Shown here piece by piece: positions 1 to 9,675 of a stretch of 64,000 nt of DNA. Position 1 is the stretch's first letter, and each line of letters opens with the position of its first letter. The notes under the pieces were generated by a model. It was not told the origin of the DNA, made no database searches, and saw only the letters and a list, made by a program, of their open reading frames with translations. Source of the stretch: Candidatus Eiseniibacteriota bacterium (GTDB lineage Bacteria > Eisenbacteria > RBG-16-71-46 > CAVPCR01); NCBI GenBank assembly GCA_963823555.1, contig CAWGMA010000003.1, forward strand, positions 320,001-384,000, read 5' to 3'. The position numbers and the translations under genes were made by a program.

Positions 1-7
1 GGAGGAG

Positions 8-982
8 ATGGGTATGAAGGCGATCCGAATTCACCAGCCGGGCGGGCCCGAGGCGATGGAGCTCGAGGAGCTGGCTCCACCCGAGCCGGGACCGGATCAG
101 GCGCAGGTTCGCATCGAGTCGATCGGCGTCAACTTCATCGACGTCTACCATCGCAGCGGTCTGTACAAGCTCGATCTGCCCGCCGTCCTCGGCGTCGAGG
201 CCGCAGGCACCGTGACCAAGGTCGGATCCGGTGTCACCGCTCTCGGCGCCGGCGATCGTGTGGCCTGGGCCGGGATCCCCGGGGCCTATGCCGAGATGGC
301 GGTCGTTCCCGCCGCCCGGCTGGTGCCGCTGCCTGCAGGGGTGAGCGCGCGGGATGCCGCCGCCGTGATGCTGCAAGGCATGACCGCACACTACCTCGCC
401 ACCTCGACCTTTCCGCTGGCTCCTGGCCAGAGCTGTCTCGTCCATGCGGCCGCGGGTGGAGTCGGCCTTCTCCTCTGTCAGATCGCCCGGCGGCGCGGGG
501 CGCGCGTGATCGCCACCGTATCCTCGGCCGCCAAGGCCGATCTGGCTCGTGGCGCCGGTGCCGCCGAGGTCATCCGCTACGATGAGGAGGATTTCGCTGA
601 GGCCGTCCACCGCATCACCGCCGGTCGCGGAGTCCATGTGGTCTACGATGCGGTCGGCCGGACGACCTACGAGCGCAGTCTGCGCTCGCTGGCGCCGCGC
701 GGCATGCTCGTTCTCTACGGCCAGTCGAGCGGGGCCGTGCCCCCGATCGACCCGCTCGTGCTCTCCCAGTCCGGCTCACTCTTCCTCACGCGGCCCAACC
801 TGGCGCACTATGTGGCCACGCGCGAGGAGCTCGTGGCTCGCGCCGGGGAAATCCTCGGCTGGCTCGCCGATGGTTCGCTCAAGCTGCGTATCGGGCTCGA
901 GCTGCCGCTCGTCCAGGCGGCGGCGGCGCACCGCGAACTCGAGTCGCGGCGAACGACGGGCAAGGTGCTCTTGCGGCCATGA
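8..982 (+). CDS. qor: NADPH:quinone oxidoreductase (zeta-crystallin-like MDR family)
   Basis: IGVNFID, LGVEAAG, HAAAGGVG nucleotide-binding motif and C-terminal TTGKVLL; GGAGG upstream (alternative ATG at 14). Confidence 0.9.
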   Translation: MGMKAIRIHQPGGPEAMELEELAPPEPGPDQAQVRIESIGVNFIDVYHRSGLYKLDLPAVLGVEAAGTVTKVGSGVTALGAGDRVAWAGIPGAYAEMAVVPAARLVPLPAGVSARDAAAVMLQGMTAHYLATSTFPLAPGQSCLVHAAAGGVGLLLCQIARRRGARVIATVSSAAKADLARGAGAAEVIRYDEEDFAEAVHRITAGRGVHVVYDAVGRTTYERSLRSLAPRGMLVLYGQSSGAVPPIDPLVLSQSGSLFLTRPNLAHYVATREELVARAGEILGWLADGSLKLRIGLELPLVQAAAAHRELESRRTTGKVLLRP

Positions 983-1136
983 CCTTCGCCGCACCCCCGA
1001 TGGTGTGGTTGCCCTCCTAAGGGATGCCGGTCGACGTGTGTTACCGTGCCTTGCTTGAGACCGAGGTCCATCCCTGACGCATGACACGGACGCGTCAGGG
1101 TTCGCGCCGCCGCGCGGCGCAGCCATAGAAAGAGCC

Positions 1137-1544
1137 ATGGGCGGAGTCAATCCGTACATCAAGAAACCCGAGGTCAAGCTGCCGACGAAGCGCTACAAGA
1201 TCACCTTCGTCAACAGCGGTAAGACCGTCGAAGTGGATCCGCTGAAGCTCCCCTACGGCCACGAAGGGCAGGCGGGCTCGATTCTCGACGTCGCCCTCGC
1301 ACACGGCATCGATCTCGATCACGCTTGCGGCGGGGTCTGCGCCTGCTCGACCTGCCACGTGATCATCAGGCGAGGGCTCGGTAGCTGCAGCGCATCCACC
1401 GAAGACGAGGAAGATCAGCTCGACAACGCGCCGGGTCTCACGCCCATGTCCCGCCTCGGGTGCCAGTGCGTTCCGGACGGCACGAGCGACATCGAGGTAG
1501 AGATTCCGCAGTGGAACCGGAACCTCGTGCGCGAGGAGCACTAG
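1137..1544 (+). CDS. fdx: 2Fe-2S ferredoxin (ISC/adrenodoxin type)
   Basis: HACGGVCACSTCHV ... SRLGCQ cysteine pattern. Confidence 0.88.
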   Translation: MGGVNPYIKKPEVKLPTKRYKITFVNSGKTVEVDPLKLPYGHEGQAGSILDVALAHGIDLDHACGGVCACSTCHVIIRRGLGSCSASTEDEEDQLDNAPGLTPMSRLGCQCVPDGTSDIEVEIPQWNRNLVREEH

Positions 1545-1569
1545 TCGCCCGGGAGCGGGGCGCGACCCG

Positions 1570-2310
1570 CTAGTGCGGATGGCGGTGGCGCAGGATGTGC
1601 GGCCGCTCGAGACCGTGCGCCATCATGAGGGGCTCATCGTCGAGGAGCGCCGTGGCCGCCCCGTCCGCCACGATCATGCCGCCGTCGATCAAGATGGCGC
1701 GCGGGCAGAGCTCCACCACCAGCTCGAGATCGTGAGTGGCGATGATCTTGGTCGCCGGGATGCCGGCGACGAGAGCCTTGATCTCCCTCCGGCCGCGCGG
1801 ATCGAGATCGCTCGTGGGCTCATCGAGCACGAGCACCCGCGGCGCACAGGCCAGTACCCCGGCCAGGCACACCCGCCGTTTCTCACCCTGGCTCAAGTGG
1901 TGCGGGGCCCGGGTCTCATATCCCCGAAGTCCAACCTGATCGAGCGCCTGTGCCGCTGCTCGCTCTGGATCCTCACCGAACTGCTCCGGACCGAAGGCCA
2001 CGTCCTCGATCACGGTCGGGCAGAAGAGCTGGTCGTCCGGATCCTGGAACACGACACCGACCTGCCGACGGATCGCGGCCAGATTCTCCTCCTCGAGCGG
2101 TGTGCCGAACACGAACACCGAGGGCGTTCGCGGCAGGCGCTCGGGCAGGATCCCGTTCAGATGCAGGAGCAGCGTGGATTTTCCCGCGCCGTTCGGACCG
2201 ATGAGGCCGACGCAGTCGCCCTCCGCCACCTCGAAGCTGAGTCCAGAGAGGGCGGGCGTCCCGTCGGGGTAGCGGTAGTGGAGGTCGCGGATCGCGAGCG
2301 CGGGAGTCAC
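1570..2310 (-). CDS. ECF transporter ATPase (NikO/CbiO) with His-rich C-terminus
   Basis: GPNGAGKST, FQDPDDQLF, LSQGEKRR, LDEPT; GTG start at 2310 overlaps the upstream TGA (GTGA); the longer ORF-track call is a spurious extension. Confidence 0.9.
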   Translation of the reverse strand: MTPALAIRDLHYRYPDGTPALSGLSFEVAEGDCVGLIGPNGAGKSTLLLHLNGILPERLPRTPSVFVFGTPLEEENLAAIRRQVGVVFQDPDDQLFCPTVIEDVAFGPEQFGEDPERAAAQALDQVGLRGYETRAPHHLSQGEKRRVCLAGVLACAPRVLVLDEPTSDLDPRGRREIKALVAGIPATKIIATHDLELVVELCPRAILIDGGMIVADGAATALLDDEPLMMAHGLERPHILRHRHPH

Positions 2311-2915
2311 TTCCAGCCTCGCGCCGCCATCGCGGCATGGATGCGCTCGGCGCGCTCCGTCGATCGCACGAGAAGCCGTCCCGCCACCGTCGCCAGCGTC
2401 CGCCATTGGCGGCGGGGTGACCGCGCGAAGGTACGGGCGGCCCGTGCGCGCTGCATACGTTCCATCTCTTCGACCAGTACGAACAGGTAGCGCACCATGA
2501 GTGCGATCGTGGTCAGGAGGAGCGTCGGCACACGCAGCTTCCGGAGCGTCCGCAGCATCTCGGCGAAGGAGGTGGTGCTGGAGAGGATGATCATGGTCGA
2601 AAGGGAGAGCGTGCTGCGGATGACGATGGTCGCGAACACCTGCCGGCCGCCCGGTCGGAACAGGCTCAAGACGGCGATGCCGAGAACCAGCGGTTCCAGG
2701 ATCAGGAGTCGCGTGACGAGGAACCGCATCGGAACGCGGCAGAGGACGGCGCTCGCCGCGAGGAGGGCCGCGATGGCCGCCAGCACGAACCATGATGAGA
2801 GCGGCGTGATCGCCGTCGCCATCACCATGATGAGCGCCAGCCCCAGCTTGAGCCCGGCAGGTAGCCGGTGGATCGGGCTCGCGATGCGCGCATAGGGTTC
2901 GAGGAGGTTGCGCAT
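2307..2915 (-). CDS. ECF transporter T component (NikQ/CbiQ)
   Basis: SPIHRLP start, TM helices, RYLFVLVEE..RM..ARAAR and RAERIHAAMAARG motifs; ATG overlaps the upstream stop (TGATG). Confidence 0.88.
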   Translation of the reverse strand: MRNLLEPYARIASPIHRLPAGLKLGLALIMVMATAITPLSSWFVLAAIAALLAASAVLCRVPMRFLVTRLLILEPLVLGIAVLSLFRPGGRQVFATIVIRSTLSLSTMIILSSTTSFAEMLRTLRKLRVPTLLLTTIALMVRYLFVLVEEMERMQRARAARTFARSPRRQWRTLATVAGRLLVRSTERAERIHAAMAARGWK

Positions 2916-3859
2916 CAAGTCTCCCGCTCGGCGCGGCGGCGAACGAGGAGTTCCGCCAGCGCCCAGGACAGGAGGAGGACGATGAGCGTGCCCACGACTC
3001 CTGCGGCGGCCACGGCGGCGACCGGCGAACCGATGCCGGGGAACTCGTAATCGGGGAGCAGCGCCGTGATCGGCGGCGCGAGGGAACGATGCTCGAAGCC
3101 GAGATGCGATGCGACGCGCTCGAGGCCGTCGGGCCACGGGCTCGCAAACGGAGCCACGAAGACGACGAGACCCAGGGCCACGATGAGGCCCAGGGCGACC
3201 ACGGGACCCCAGGCGCTGGAGCCGGCGCGCGTCTTCGCGCCTGCGAGATGAGGGCGGGCTTCGACCACGGCGACGAGGACGAGCGCCGTGATGAGACCCT
3301 CGCCGAGGCCGATGAGCATGTGCACCGCGGTCATGGCCGGGAACACCGCCGACCAGGGGGTGGTCCCCGCCAGGGCCAGCTCTCCGGCACACGGGACCGC
3401 GGCGCACACCGTGGCGCACCAGCCGGCGAACGCGGCGCCGGCGATCGTGCCGCGGGGACCGGGGTCGAGGCGTCGAACCAGTCGGTAGGCCACATGACCG
3501 GCCAGGACGCTGACGATCGCCATGTTGAACACATTGGCGCCGAGCGCCGTGAGGCCACCGTCGGCGAACAGGAAGCACTGCACTACGAGCACGGTGGTCA
3601 TCACGATGACGGCGGCGGCGGGGCCCAGGAGCACCGCGGCCAAGGCGGCCCCGATCAGATGGCCCGAGGTGCCCCCGGCGACCGGGAAGTTGAGCATCTG
3701 GGCGGCGAAGATGAACGCGGCGGTGATGCCGAGGAGCGGGACCTCGTGGCGGGGGATGTGCCGCTGCGCGTGACGGAGTGCGATGCCCACGCCAGCGGCC
3801 GCGAGGGCTCCCGAAGCCACTGCCGTGCGCGCGTCGAGGAAGCCATCAGGAACATGCAC
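2915..3859 (-). CDS. fused NikM/CbiM substrate component + NikN (PDGLE domain)
   Basis: N-terminal MHVPDG metal-binding motif, AQMLNFPV, GTSGH, C-terminal ASPWPDGLE. Confidence 0.9.
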   Translation of the reverse strand: MHVPDGFLDARTAVASGALAAAGVGIALRHAQRHIPRHEVPLLGITAAFIFAAQMLNFPVAGGTSGHLIGAALAAVLLGPAAAVIVMTTVLVVQCFLFADGGLTALGANVFNMAIVSVLAGHVAYRLVRRLDPGPRGTIAGAAFAGWCATVCAAVPCAGELALAGTTPWSAVFPAMTAVHMLIGLGEGLITALVLVAVVEARPHLAGAKTRAGSSAWGPVVALGLIVALGLVVFVAPFASPWPDGLERVASHLGFEHRSLAPPITALLPDYEFPGIGSPVAAVAAAGVVGTLIVLLLSWALAELLVRRRAERET

Positions 3860-3912
3860 GGTTCATCTCCGATGCTGCTCGCAGGCGGCGCTCGCTACCA
3901 GCGGGCTCTGTC

Positions 3913-4338
3913 TCATGCCGGCAGGTCCTTGCCGGTCGTCGTGATCGTGAGCTTGCCGTGCTTGACACCCTTGGCGGCGATCAGCTCGGCGGCCAGCTTC
4001 TTGATGGCGCTGGCGCGGCCGCGAACGGCGAGTATCTCCAGGCAGTGATCGTGATCGAGGTGAGCGTGCAGCGTGGAGATGATCACGCCGCGATGATCGT
4101 GCTGCACCGAGGTGAGGACATCCTGGACCCGGCTCCGGTGGTGATCGTAGACAAGGGTGATGCTGCCGGCGATCGTGCGCTGGCCTCTCGCCTGGCGGTG
4201 CTCGACGAGCTGGGCGCGGATCATGTCGGCCACGGCGAGCGATCGATTGTCATAGCCCTTCTCGCGCACCATGGTGTCGAGCGCGCGAGCCAGGGCCGTG
4301 GGCAGGGAGACGCTGAAGCGGGTCGTGGGCTGGTCCAT
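3913..4338 (-). CDS. nikR: nickel-responsive transcriptional regulator NikR
   Basis: RFSVSLP ribbon-helix-helix, NRS..., YDHH, HAHLDHDHCLE Ni-binding motif. Confidence 0.95.
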   Translation of the reverse strand: MDQPTTRFSVSLPTALARALDTMVREKGYDNRSLAVADMIRAQLVEHRQARGQRTIAGSITLVYDHHRSRVQDVLTSVQHDHRGVIISTLHAHLDHDHCLEILAVRGRASAIKKLAAELIAAKGVKHGKLTITTTGKDLPA

Positions 4339-4339
4339 A

Positions 4340-4367
4340 GTGTTACGATTCTAGCGCATCGTAACAC
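4340..4367. promoter_or_regulatory. putative NikR operator overlapping the nikR -10 box
   Basis: Perfect dyad GTGTTACGAT-N8-ATCGTAACAC (= GTGTTA-N16-TAACAC, NikR 6-16-6 geometry); contains minus-strand TAGAAT (4353-4348). Confidence 0.85.
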
Positions 4368-4386
4368 CAGCCGCCATCGCGGCGAC

Positions 4387-5541
4387 CTAGGGCGCGATCA
4401 CGAGTTTGAGCCGGTGGCCGGCGCCGGCATCGAGACGGCAGAAGTAGGTCCCGGCCGGCCAGGCCGCCGTGTCCAGGGCCACCTGGTGCGGCCCGGCGGG
4501 GAGTCGCTCCCCACGGATGGGAGCCGCGCGCTCGCGACCGAGTGCATCATAGACGGTGAGGGACACGGGGCCCGAGGCGGGCAGCTCGAAGCCGATCCGG
4601 CTCCATTCCCGGGCCGGGTTGGGTGCGGCCCACAGCCGTAGGACCGAGGGCGGCGTCGAGGCCGGTTCGACGGCGGTGGCCAGGACCATCGCGGTCCGGA
4701 TGAAGGCGGCGGAGGTGAGGCCCTCGGCCTCGAGCAGGCAGGGCAGGTAGTGAGCGCATCCCGTTTCGACGTAGAAGACCGCGATCCCGAGGTCGAGGAG
4801 ATGATCGCGGAACGGGCGGTTGTAGGCGCCCAGGGACCCCACGACCTGCCGGAAGTGCGAGGATTCACGGAGCTCGGGGGCGTTGGCCGCGGCGTGCGTC
4901 CACGGCGAGTACGCGTCGAAGCTGGACTCGCTGTTCATGAAGATGCCGCTTGCGATCCCGGGGTGCGCGCTCTGGAGCTGGTCCCAGGTCAGGAACGCGC
5001 CGTCGTACGCGACACAGATCGCGAACCGGTCGGGGAACTTGGCCGCGAACTTGGCGGCGCCGAAGCCGCCCATGGAGAAGCCTTCGATCACCCGCTGGCC
5101 GCGATGCGGAATGGTGCGGTAGGTGGCATCCACGTGGGGCACGAGCTCGTGGACGAGGTTCGTTTCCGCCGGCTTGGCGCCGTCCCAGCTGTCGGCCCAC
5201 ATGCTGTCCCCGTAGCCGTTGGGGAAGACGATGATCACAGGGCCGATGAGGCCGGCCTGGCGCGCCGCCTCGAAGGAGGCGGGGACGAGCGTGTTCTGCG
5301 TGCCGCCCTGCGAGCCACCGAGACCGTGGAGGTGGTAGACGACGGGATAGCGCTCTTCGCCGGTGTCGTAACCATCCGGCAGGTAGATGTTGTAGTAGAG
5401 GGTGCGCTGGGTGACGGGGCCGAAGAAGCTCTGCTCGAGGAGGACTCCGGCCCCCGCGGTGCGCGCGAGGAGCATCGCGGCAAGCAGCACCGCGAAGAGC
5501 CAGGGGTGGCGCCTGAACCGGGAAGTCAAGTCGAGTCGCAT
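4387..5541 (-). CDS. secreted alpha/beta-hydrolase esterase with C-terminal FlgD-Ig/T9SS-like sorting domain
   Basis: Signal peptide, YLPDGY..YPVVYHLHGLGG, GFSMGG nucleophile motif, C-terminal PNP...YDALGR...AGTYFCRL; start inferred at ATG 5541. Confidence 0.8.
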   Translation of the reverse strand: MRLDLTSRFRRHPWLFAVLLAAMLLARTAGAGVLLEQSFFGPVTQRTLYYNIYLPDGYDTGEERYPVVYHLHGLGGSQGGTQNTLVPASFEAARQAGLIGPVIIVFPNGYGDSMWADSWDGAKPAETNLVHELVPHVDATYRTIPHRGQRVIEGFSMGGFGAAKFAAKFPDRFAICVAYDGAFLTWDQLQSAHPGIASGIFMNSESSFDAYSPWTHAAANAPELRESSHFRQVVGSLGAYNRPFRDHLLDLGIAVFYVETGCAHYLPCLLEAEGLTSAAFIRTAMVLATAVEPASTPPSVLRLWAAPNPAREWSRIGFELPASGPVSLTVYDALGRERAAPIRGERLPAGPHQVALDTAAWPAGTYFCRLDAGAGHRLKLVIAP

Positions 5542-5572
5542 GCGGAGCCCTCCACGGCCGTTCCGCGCAGGA

Positions 5573-6304
5573 TCAATCGTAGGACTCGCAGCGCACGTCG
5601 CGCCGATCGAAGCCGAACTCCTCCATGAAGAAATCCCGCACCGGGTAGACCAGGGCCTTGAGCCCACTCACCATCGGGACGAACAGCCGTTCCCCCCAGC
5701 CTTCGCCGACCAGCACGTCCCGCAGGATGTCGGTCTCGGGCCTGGAATCGAGGCCCGGCCCGCCGCCGGGAACGGTGGCGATGTAGCGAAAGCGCGATGA
5801 ACGCAGGGCGCACGCCACGAACTCTTCATGATAGAGCAGGTTCTCAGGGCGGTCGGCGCTGTTCACAAGGAGGATCTCCGGGGCTCGCGCCAGCTCGCGC
5901 TGATGGCTGCAGATCGCATCGACCATGCAGCGGATCGGCACGATCCCGGTGAAGCGGCCGACGAACACGAGACGTTCCGGCAGCGGATCAGGAGCGGTGA
6001 AATGGCCGAAGGGCCCGGCGAAGGCGAGCTCCTGTCCGGGCTCGATCACGTTCAGGTAGCCCGAGCCCAGGCCGCCCTCGACCCGGTCGAAGCAGATCGT
6101 GAGCTCGCCCGACGGCGATTCGGGCCGCGCCAACGAGTAGGCGCGGATGAGGGGCGGCCGCTCGCCGACCGGGAGGTGGAGGGAGATCCACTGTCCGGGT
6201 CGGAAGTGGATCGGCTTCTGGATCTGAGCCAGGACGAGCTCGCGCACGTCGGGAGCGAGCTCGTGCACGGCCGTGACGCGTGCCTTCTGCGTCGGGATAG
6301 CCAT
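5573..6304 (-). CDS. FAD/NAD(P)-binding oxidoreductase (ferredoxin-reductase-like)
   Basis: FRPGQW, RAYSLA, GLGSGYL, GPFGHF, TGIVP; start inferred at ATG 6304. Confidence 0.75.
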   Translation of the reverse strand: MAIPTQKARVTAVHELAPDVRELVLAQIQKPIHFRPGQWISLHLPVGERPPLIRAYSLARPESPSGELTICFDRVEGGLGSGYLNVIEPGQELAFAGPFGHFTAPDPLPERLVFVGRFTGIVPIRCMVDAICSHQRELARAPEILLVNSADRPENLLYHEEFVACALRSSRFRYIATVPGGGPGLDSRPETDILRDVLVGEGWGERLFVPMVSGLKALVYPVRDFFMEEFGFDRRDVRCESYD

Positions 6305-6414
6305 CGGGACTCCGCGATGATGTCGGGCAGCGGCCGCCGCGCATCGAGACGCGAGAGCGGGCCGCCCGCCCGTGCGGCGCACGGGCCCGCTCTCTGCTGG
6401 TTCCGGGTTCCGCG

Positions 6415-7374
6415 CTAGCGCGCGGCGCCGATCTCGGCGCCGGCTTTGGCCTTCGCCTCCTGGCCGCCGTAGATATCCATGATCTGGGCGAGCATCGCGA
6501 GCGCCTCGTCCTTCGGCCGCTGGAACGAGTTGCGTCCGATGATCGAACCGAAGCCGCCGCCATCGCGGATGGCGCGGCACTCGTCATAGATCTCATCCAG
6601 CGACTTGGCCGCACCGCCCGAGAAGATGACGATGCGCTTGCCATTGAAGGCGCTCTTCACCACCAGGCGCACGCGGTCGGCAAGGGTGGCGATCGGGAGG
6701 TTGTACTTCTCGATCATCTTCTTGGCTTCGGCCTGTTCGATGTGCGCGGTGGGGGGTTTGACCTTGACGATGTTGGCGCCGAGCTGGCACGCGATCTGCG
6801 CCGCGTAGCAGGCGACATCGATGGCCGTCTCTCCCTCCTTGGACAGGCCGGAGCCGCGAGGATAGGACCAGATGACGACCGCGAGCCCGCAAGCCTTGGC
6901 CTCCTCGGTGAGTTCGCGGATCTCCTCGTACATGTCGTTACGCAACGCGGAGCCCGGATAGATGGTGAACCCGATCGCCGCACAGCCGAGCGCCAGCGCG
7001 TCGCGCACCGTGGCGGTGACCGCGGGGCAGGGATCCTCACCCGAGTAGAGCGTGTCGGAGTTGTTGACCTTGAGGATGAGCGGAACCTCGGCGGCGTAGC
7101 GATCGGCACAGGCCTGGATGAAGCCCAGCGGCGCGGCATAGGCGTTCATCCCCGCCTCGATCGCGAGCTGGAAGTGGTACTCGGGGTCGAACCCCGCCGG
7201 GTTGGGCGCGAACGAGCGCACCGGCCCGTGCTCGAACCCCTGGTCGACGGGAAGGATCACCATGCGCCCCGAGCCGCCGGTGCGGCCGTGGTTCAGCATC
7301 CGGGCGAGATGGGCGCGCACGCCCGGGGTTTCGTTCGAGTACCAGCTCAGGATCTCCCTGATTCTGCTGTTCAT
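6415..7374 (-). CDS. fbaB: class I fructose-bisphosphate aldolase (DhnA family)
   Basis: ILPVDQGFEHGP, IVKVK Schiff-base lysine, IIGRNSFQRP; AAGGAG RBS before ATG 7374. Confidence 0.92.
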   Translation of the reverse strand: MNSRIREILSWYSNETPGVRAHLARMLNHGRTGGSGRMVILPVDQGFEHGPVRSFAPNPAGFDPEYHFQLAIEAGMNAYAAPLGFIQACADRYAAEVPLILKVNNSDTLYSGEDPCPAVTATVRDALALGCAAIGFTIYPGSALRNDMYEEIRELTEEAKACGLAVVIWSYPRGSGLSKEGETAIDVACYAAQIACQLGANIVKVKPPTAHIEQAEAKKMIEKYNLPIATLADRVRLVVKSAFNGKRIVIFSGGAAKSLDEIYDECRAIRDGGGFGSIIGRNSFQRPKDEALAMLAQIMDIYGGQEAKAKAGAEIGAAR

Positions 7375-7462
7375 TCTCGTTTCTCCTTGACCTCGTGGGG
7401 TCATGACTTGCGGCAAAGACCGGCCGATTCTAACCCATGGCGAGCGGTCTGCCCAGGCGGCG

Positions 7463-7885
7463 CTAGCCGGCGAGGTGATAGAGCATGAAGTAGATGACGA
7501 CTCCGGTGATGGACACGTAGAGCCAGATCGGGAGCGTGAGGCGAGCGATCTTCCGGTGAGCCGGGAAGCGGCCGCGCAACGCCCGCGACACGGTGACGAT
7601 GACCAGCGGCACGATGATCGCGGCGAGCACCGTGTGCGTGAAGAGGATGACGAGGTACACGGCCCGCACGGCGGGTGGTCCCACGAAGCGGGTGGTGCCG
7701 GCGTGGGCGTGGTAGGTGAGATACGAAATCAGGAAGAGCACCGAGGTCGTGAGCGCCGCGGTCATGCAGGCGCGATGGACCGCGATCCGCCGCCGGCGAA
7801 TGGCCATGTAGCCGGCGACCAGGAGCGCGAAGCTGGCCGAGTTGAGCCCGGCATTCAGGGCCGGGAGCGCCGCATAAGGGATCAT
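7463..7885 (-). CDS. DUF420 family membrane protein
   Basis: LPALNAGLN, HRACM, FLISYLTYH, HRKIAR.TLPIWLYVSITG. Confidence 0.85.
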   Translation of the reverse strand: MIPYAALPALNAGLNSASFALLVAGYMAIRRRRIAVHRACMTAALTTSVLFLISYLTYHAHAGTTRFVGPPAVRAVYLVILFTHTVLAAIIVPLVIVTVSRALRGRFPAHRKIARLTLPIWLYVSITGVVIYFMLYHLAG

Positions 7886-7910
7886 GAGCCCGTCGCCGCC
7901 GGCGCCGCGA

Positions 7911-8573
7911 TCACGATGACCTCGCCTCGCGCGCGAGCCGGATGGCGTGGGCGCGAAGATTTCGCATCGCCTCCTCGTCGGTCGAATCGTAGTAGCCGCG
8001 GATGCGACCGGCCGCATCGATCAGGATGAAGCGGTTCGAATGGACGAAGGCCCCATCGGCTCCTTCGGCGCTCAGGTGGAAGCTGTCGGAGAGCAGCGGG
8101 TAGATGACCTCCTTGCGTCCGGTCAGGAAGTACCATCGTTCCGCGTTGGCCTGGTAGCGAGCGGCATAGTCGGCAAGAACCAGATAGGTGTCGTAGGCAG
8201 GATCGACGGTGAAGGAAACGAACCGCACGGTGGGCGCGTCCTCCATCGCGCGCGCGAGCTCAGCCATGGTGGCGGTCATGCGTGGGCAGATGCTCTCGCA
8301 ACGGGTGAAGATGAAATCGGCGATCCATACCTGCCCGTCCAGGTCCGCCCGGATCAGCGGCCGGCCGCTCTGAGTGGTGAGCTCGAAATCGCCCACCGTG
8401 CCGTGCACTGGGAGTGGTTTGCCGAAGCGCTGGAAGCGTTCGAGCTCGCCGGTCTGGATCACCACGACGACCATAATGGCGAGGATGGCGGCGAGAACGA
8501 GCAGGCCGACGACGACGAGAGGGCGTCCGCTCCTGGAGGGTCGGTCTGCCGTCGTGTCCTCGAGATTCGACAT
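7911..8573 (-). CDS. SCO1/SenC copper chaperone
   Basis: N-terminal TM, FIFTRCESICP (CxxxC), VDPAYD, HSNRFILID; AAGGAG RBS. Confidence 0.9.
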   Translation of the reverse strand: MSNLEDTTADRPSRSGRPLVVVGLLVLAAILAIMVVVVIQTGELERFQRFGKPLPVHGTVGDFELTTQSGRPLIRADLDGQVWIADFIFTRCESICPRMTATMAELARAMEDAPTVRFVSFTVDPAYDTYLVLADYAARYQANAERWYFLTGRKEVIYPLLSDSFHLSAEGADGAFVHSNRFILIDAAGRIRGYYDSTDEEAMRNLRAHAIRLAREARSS

Positions 8574-8636
8574 GGCTTGGTAACTCCTTGCCGGGATCTG
8601 CCGGGCCGAGAACGCTAGCAAGGGAGGGGCGCGTGG

Positions 8637-9587
8637 TCAACGCGATGACAGGTGGTCCCCGCCGGAACCGGGTTGCGGCGTGCCGCGGCGAAGCTCGATC
8701 GCACCCAGGAGGAGGGCCGCCAGCGAGAGAGGGGCCACGTAGTAGACCAGACGATAGACCGCCAGCGCGCCGATCGTGGCCGCGGGGTCGGCGGCCGAGC
8801 CGAGAAGGAGGAGCATCACCGTCTCGAACACGCCCAGCCCACCGGGGATCGCGCTCGCCACGCCGGCCACCTGGGCCAGCATGAACACGCCGATGAAATG
8901 TCCGAAGGGCATCTGAACGGAGGTGAGCAGGACATAGGGGACACTCGCTGCGAGCACCCAGTCGAGCGATGCTACCGCGACCTGAGCCAGGGCCCGCTCG
9001 ATCGTCGGCAGATTGACGTGCCAGGATCCGATCTTGAGCGCGTTCACCCGGCGCGCGCACCAGACGAGGTAGAAGACCAGGGTCACCAGGAACAGGAAGC
9101 CGAGAAGGCGCGGCGAACGAGCCGGCAGCGCCACGGTGGCGGGAACGAACGGGGGCGCGAGGAGGAGCACGACACCGCCGACGAACAGGAAGCCGAGCCA
9201 GGAGATCATGGCGGCGAGGGCGATGAGCTTGGCGACATCGAACGGCTTCAAGCCCCAGGCGGCAAGGAGGCGGTAGCGCACGGCCCCACCGCTCAGGAGC
9301 GCGAACCCCATCGCGCGACTGAAGGCATAACCGATGAACGCTGTCGCCGCCAGGCGGGGGAAGGGGAGTGTGCGCCCGATCGTCTTGAGCGCGAGCCAGT
9401 CGAGCCCGATGAGCGGCAGGAAGTCGAGCGCCGTGAAGGCGACCGCAAGGAGGATGCGATCGCCGGGGATCGACCTGAGCTGGTTGGCGATCTCCGCCAC
9501 CGACGTCTCCTGGAGCTCGTGCCGGAGCACGAGCAAGGCGACGACGAAGGAGACCAGGCCGAGGAGGGTGGTGAGCCGCTTGTGCAT
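8637..9587 (-). CDS. lysylphosphatidylglycerol synthase TM / flippase-like membrane protein (MprF N-terminal-like)
   Basis: Polytopic; SGGAVRYR, IPGGLGVFE, YRLVYY motifs; no C-terminal synthase domain. Confidence 0.8.
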   Translation of the reverse strand: MHKRLTTLLGLVSFVVALLVLRHELQETSVAEIANQLRSIPGDRILLAVAFTALDFLPLIGLDWLALKTIGRTLPFPRLAATAFIGYAFSRAMGFALLSGGAVRYRLLAAWGLKPFDVAKLIALAAMISWLGFLFVGGVVLLLAPPFVPATVALPARSPRLLGFLFLVTLVFYLVWCARRVNALKIGSWHVNLPTIERALAQVAVASLDWVLAASVPYVLLTSVQMPFGHFIGVFMLAQVAGVASAIPGGLGVFETVMLLLLGSAADPAATIGALAVYRLVYYVAPLSLAALLLGAIELRRGTPQPGSGGDHLSSR

Positions 9588-9675
9588 GTTCGTGACGGCC
9601 GCGGGGCGGCCGGAGCCGGGAGCATAGCGGATCGCGGACAGCCAGGGGTGCGTCCATGGTAGGCTTCGGGACGAG

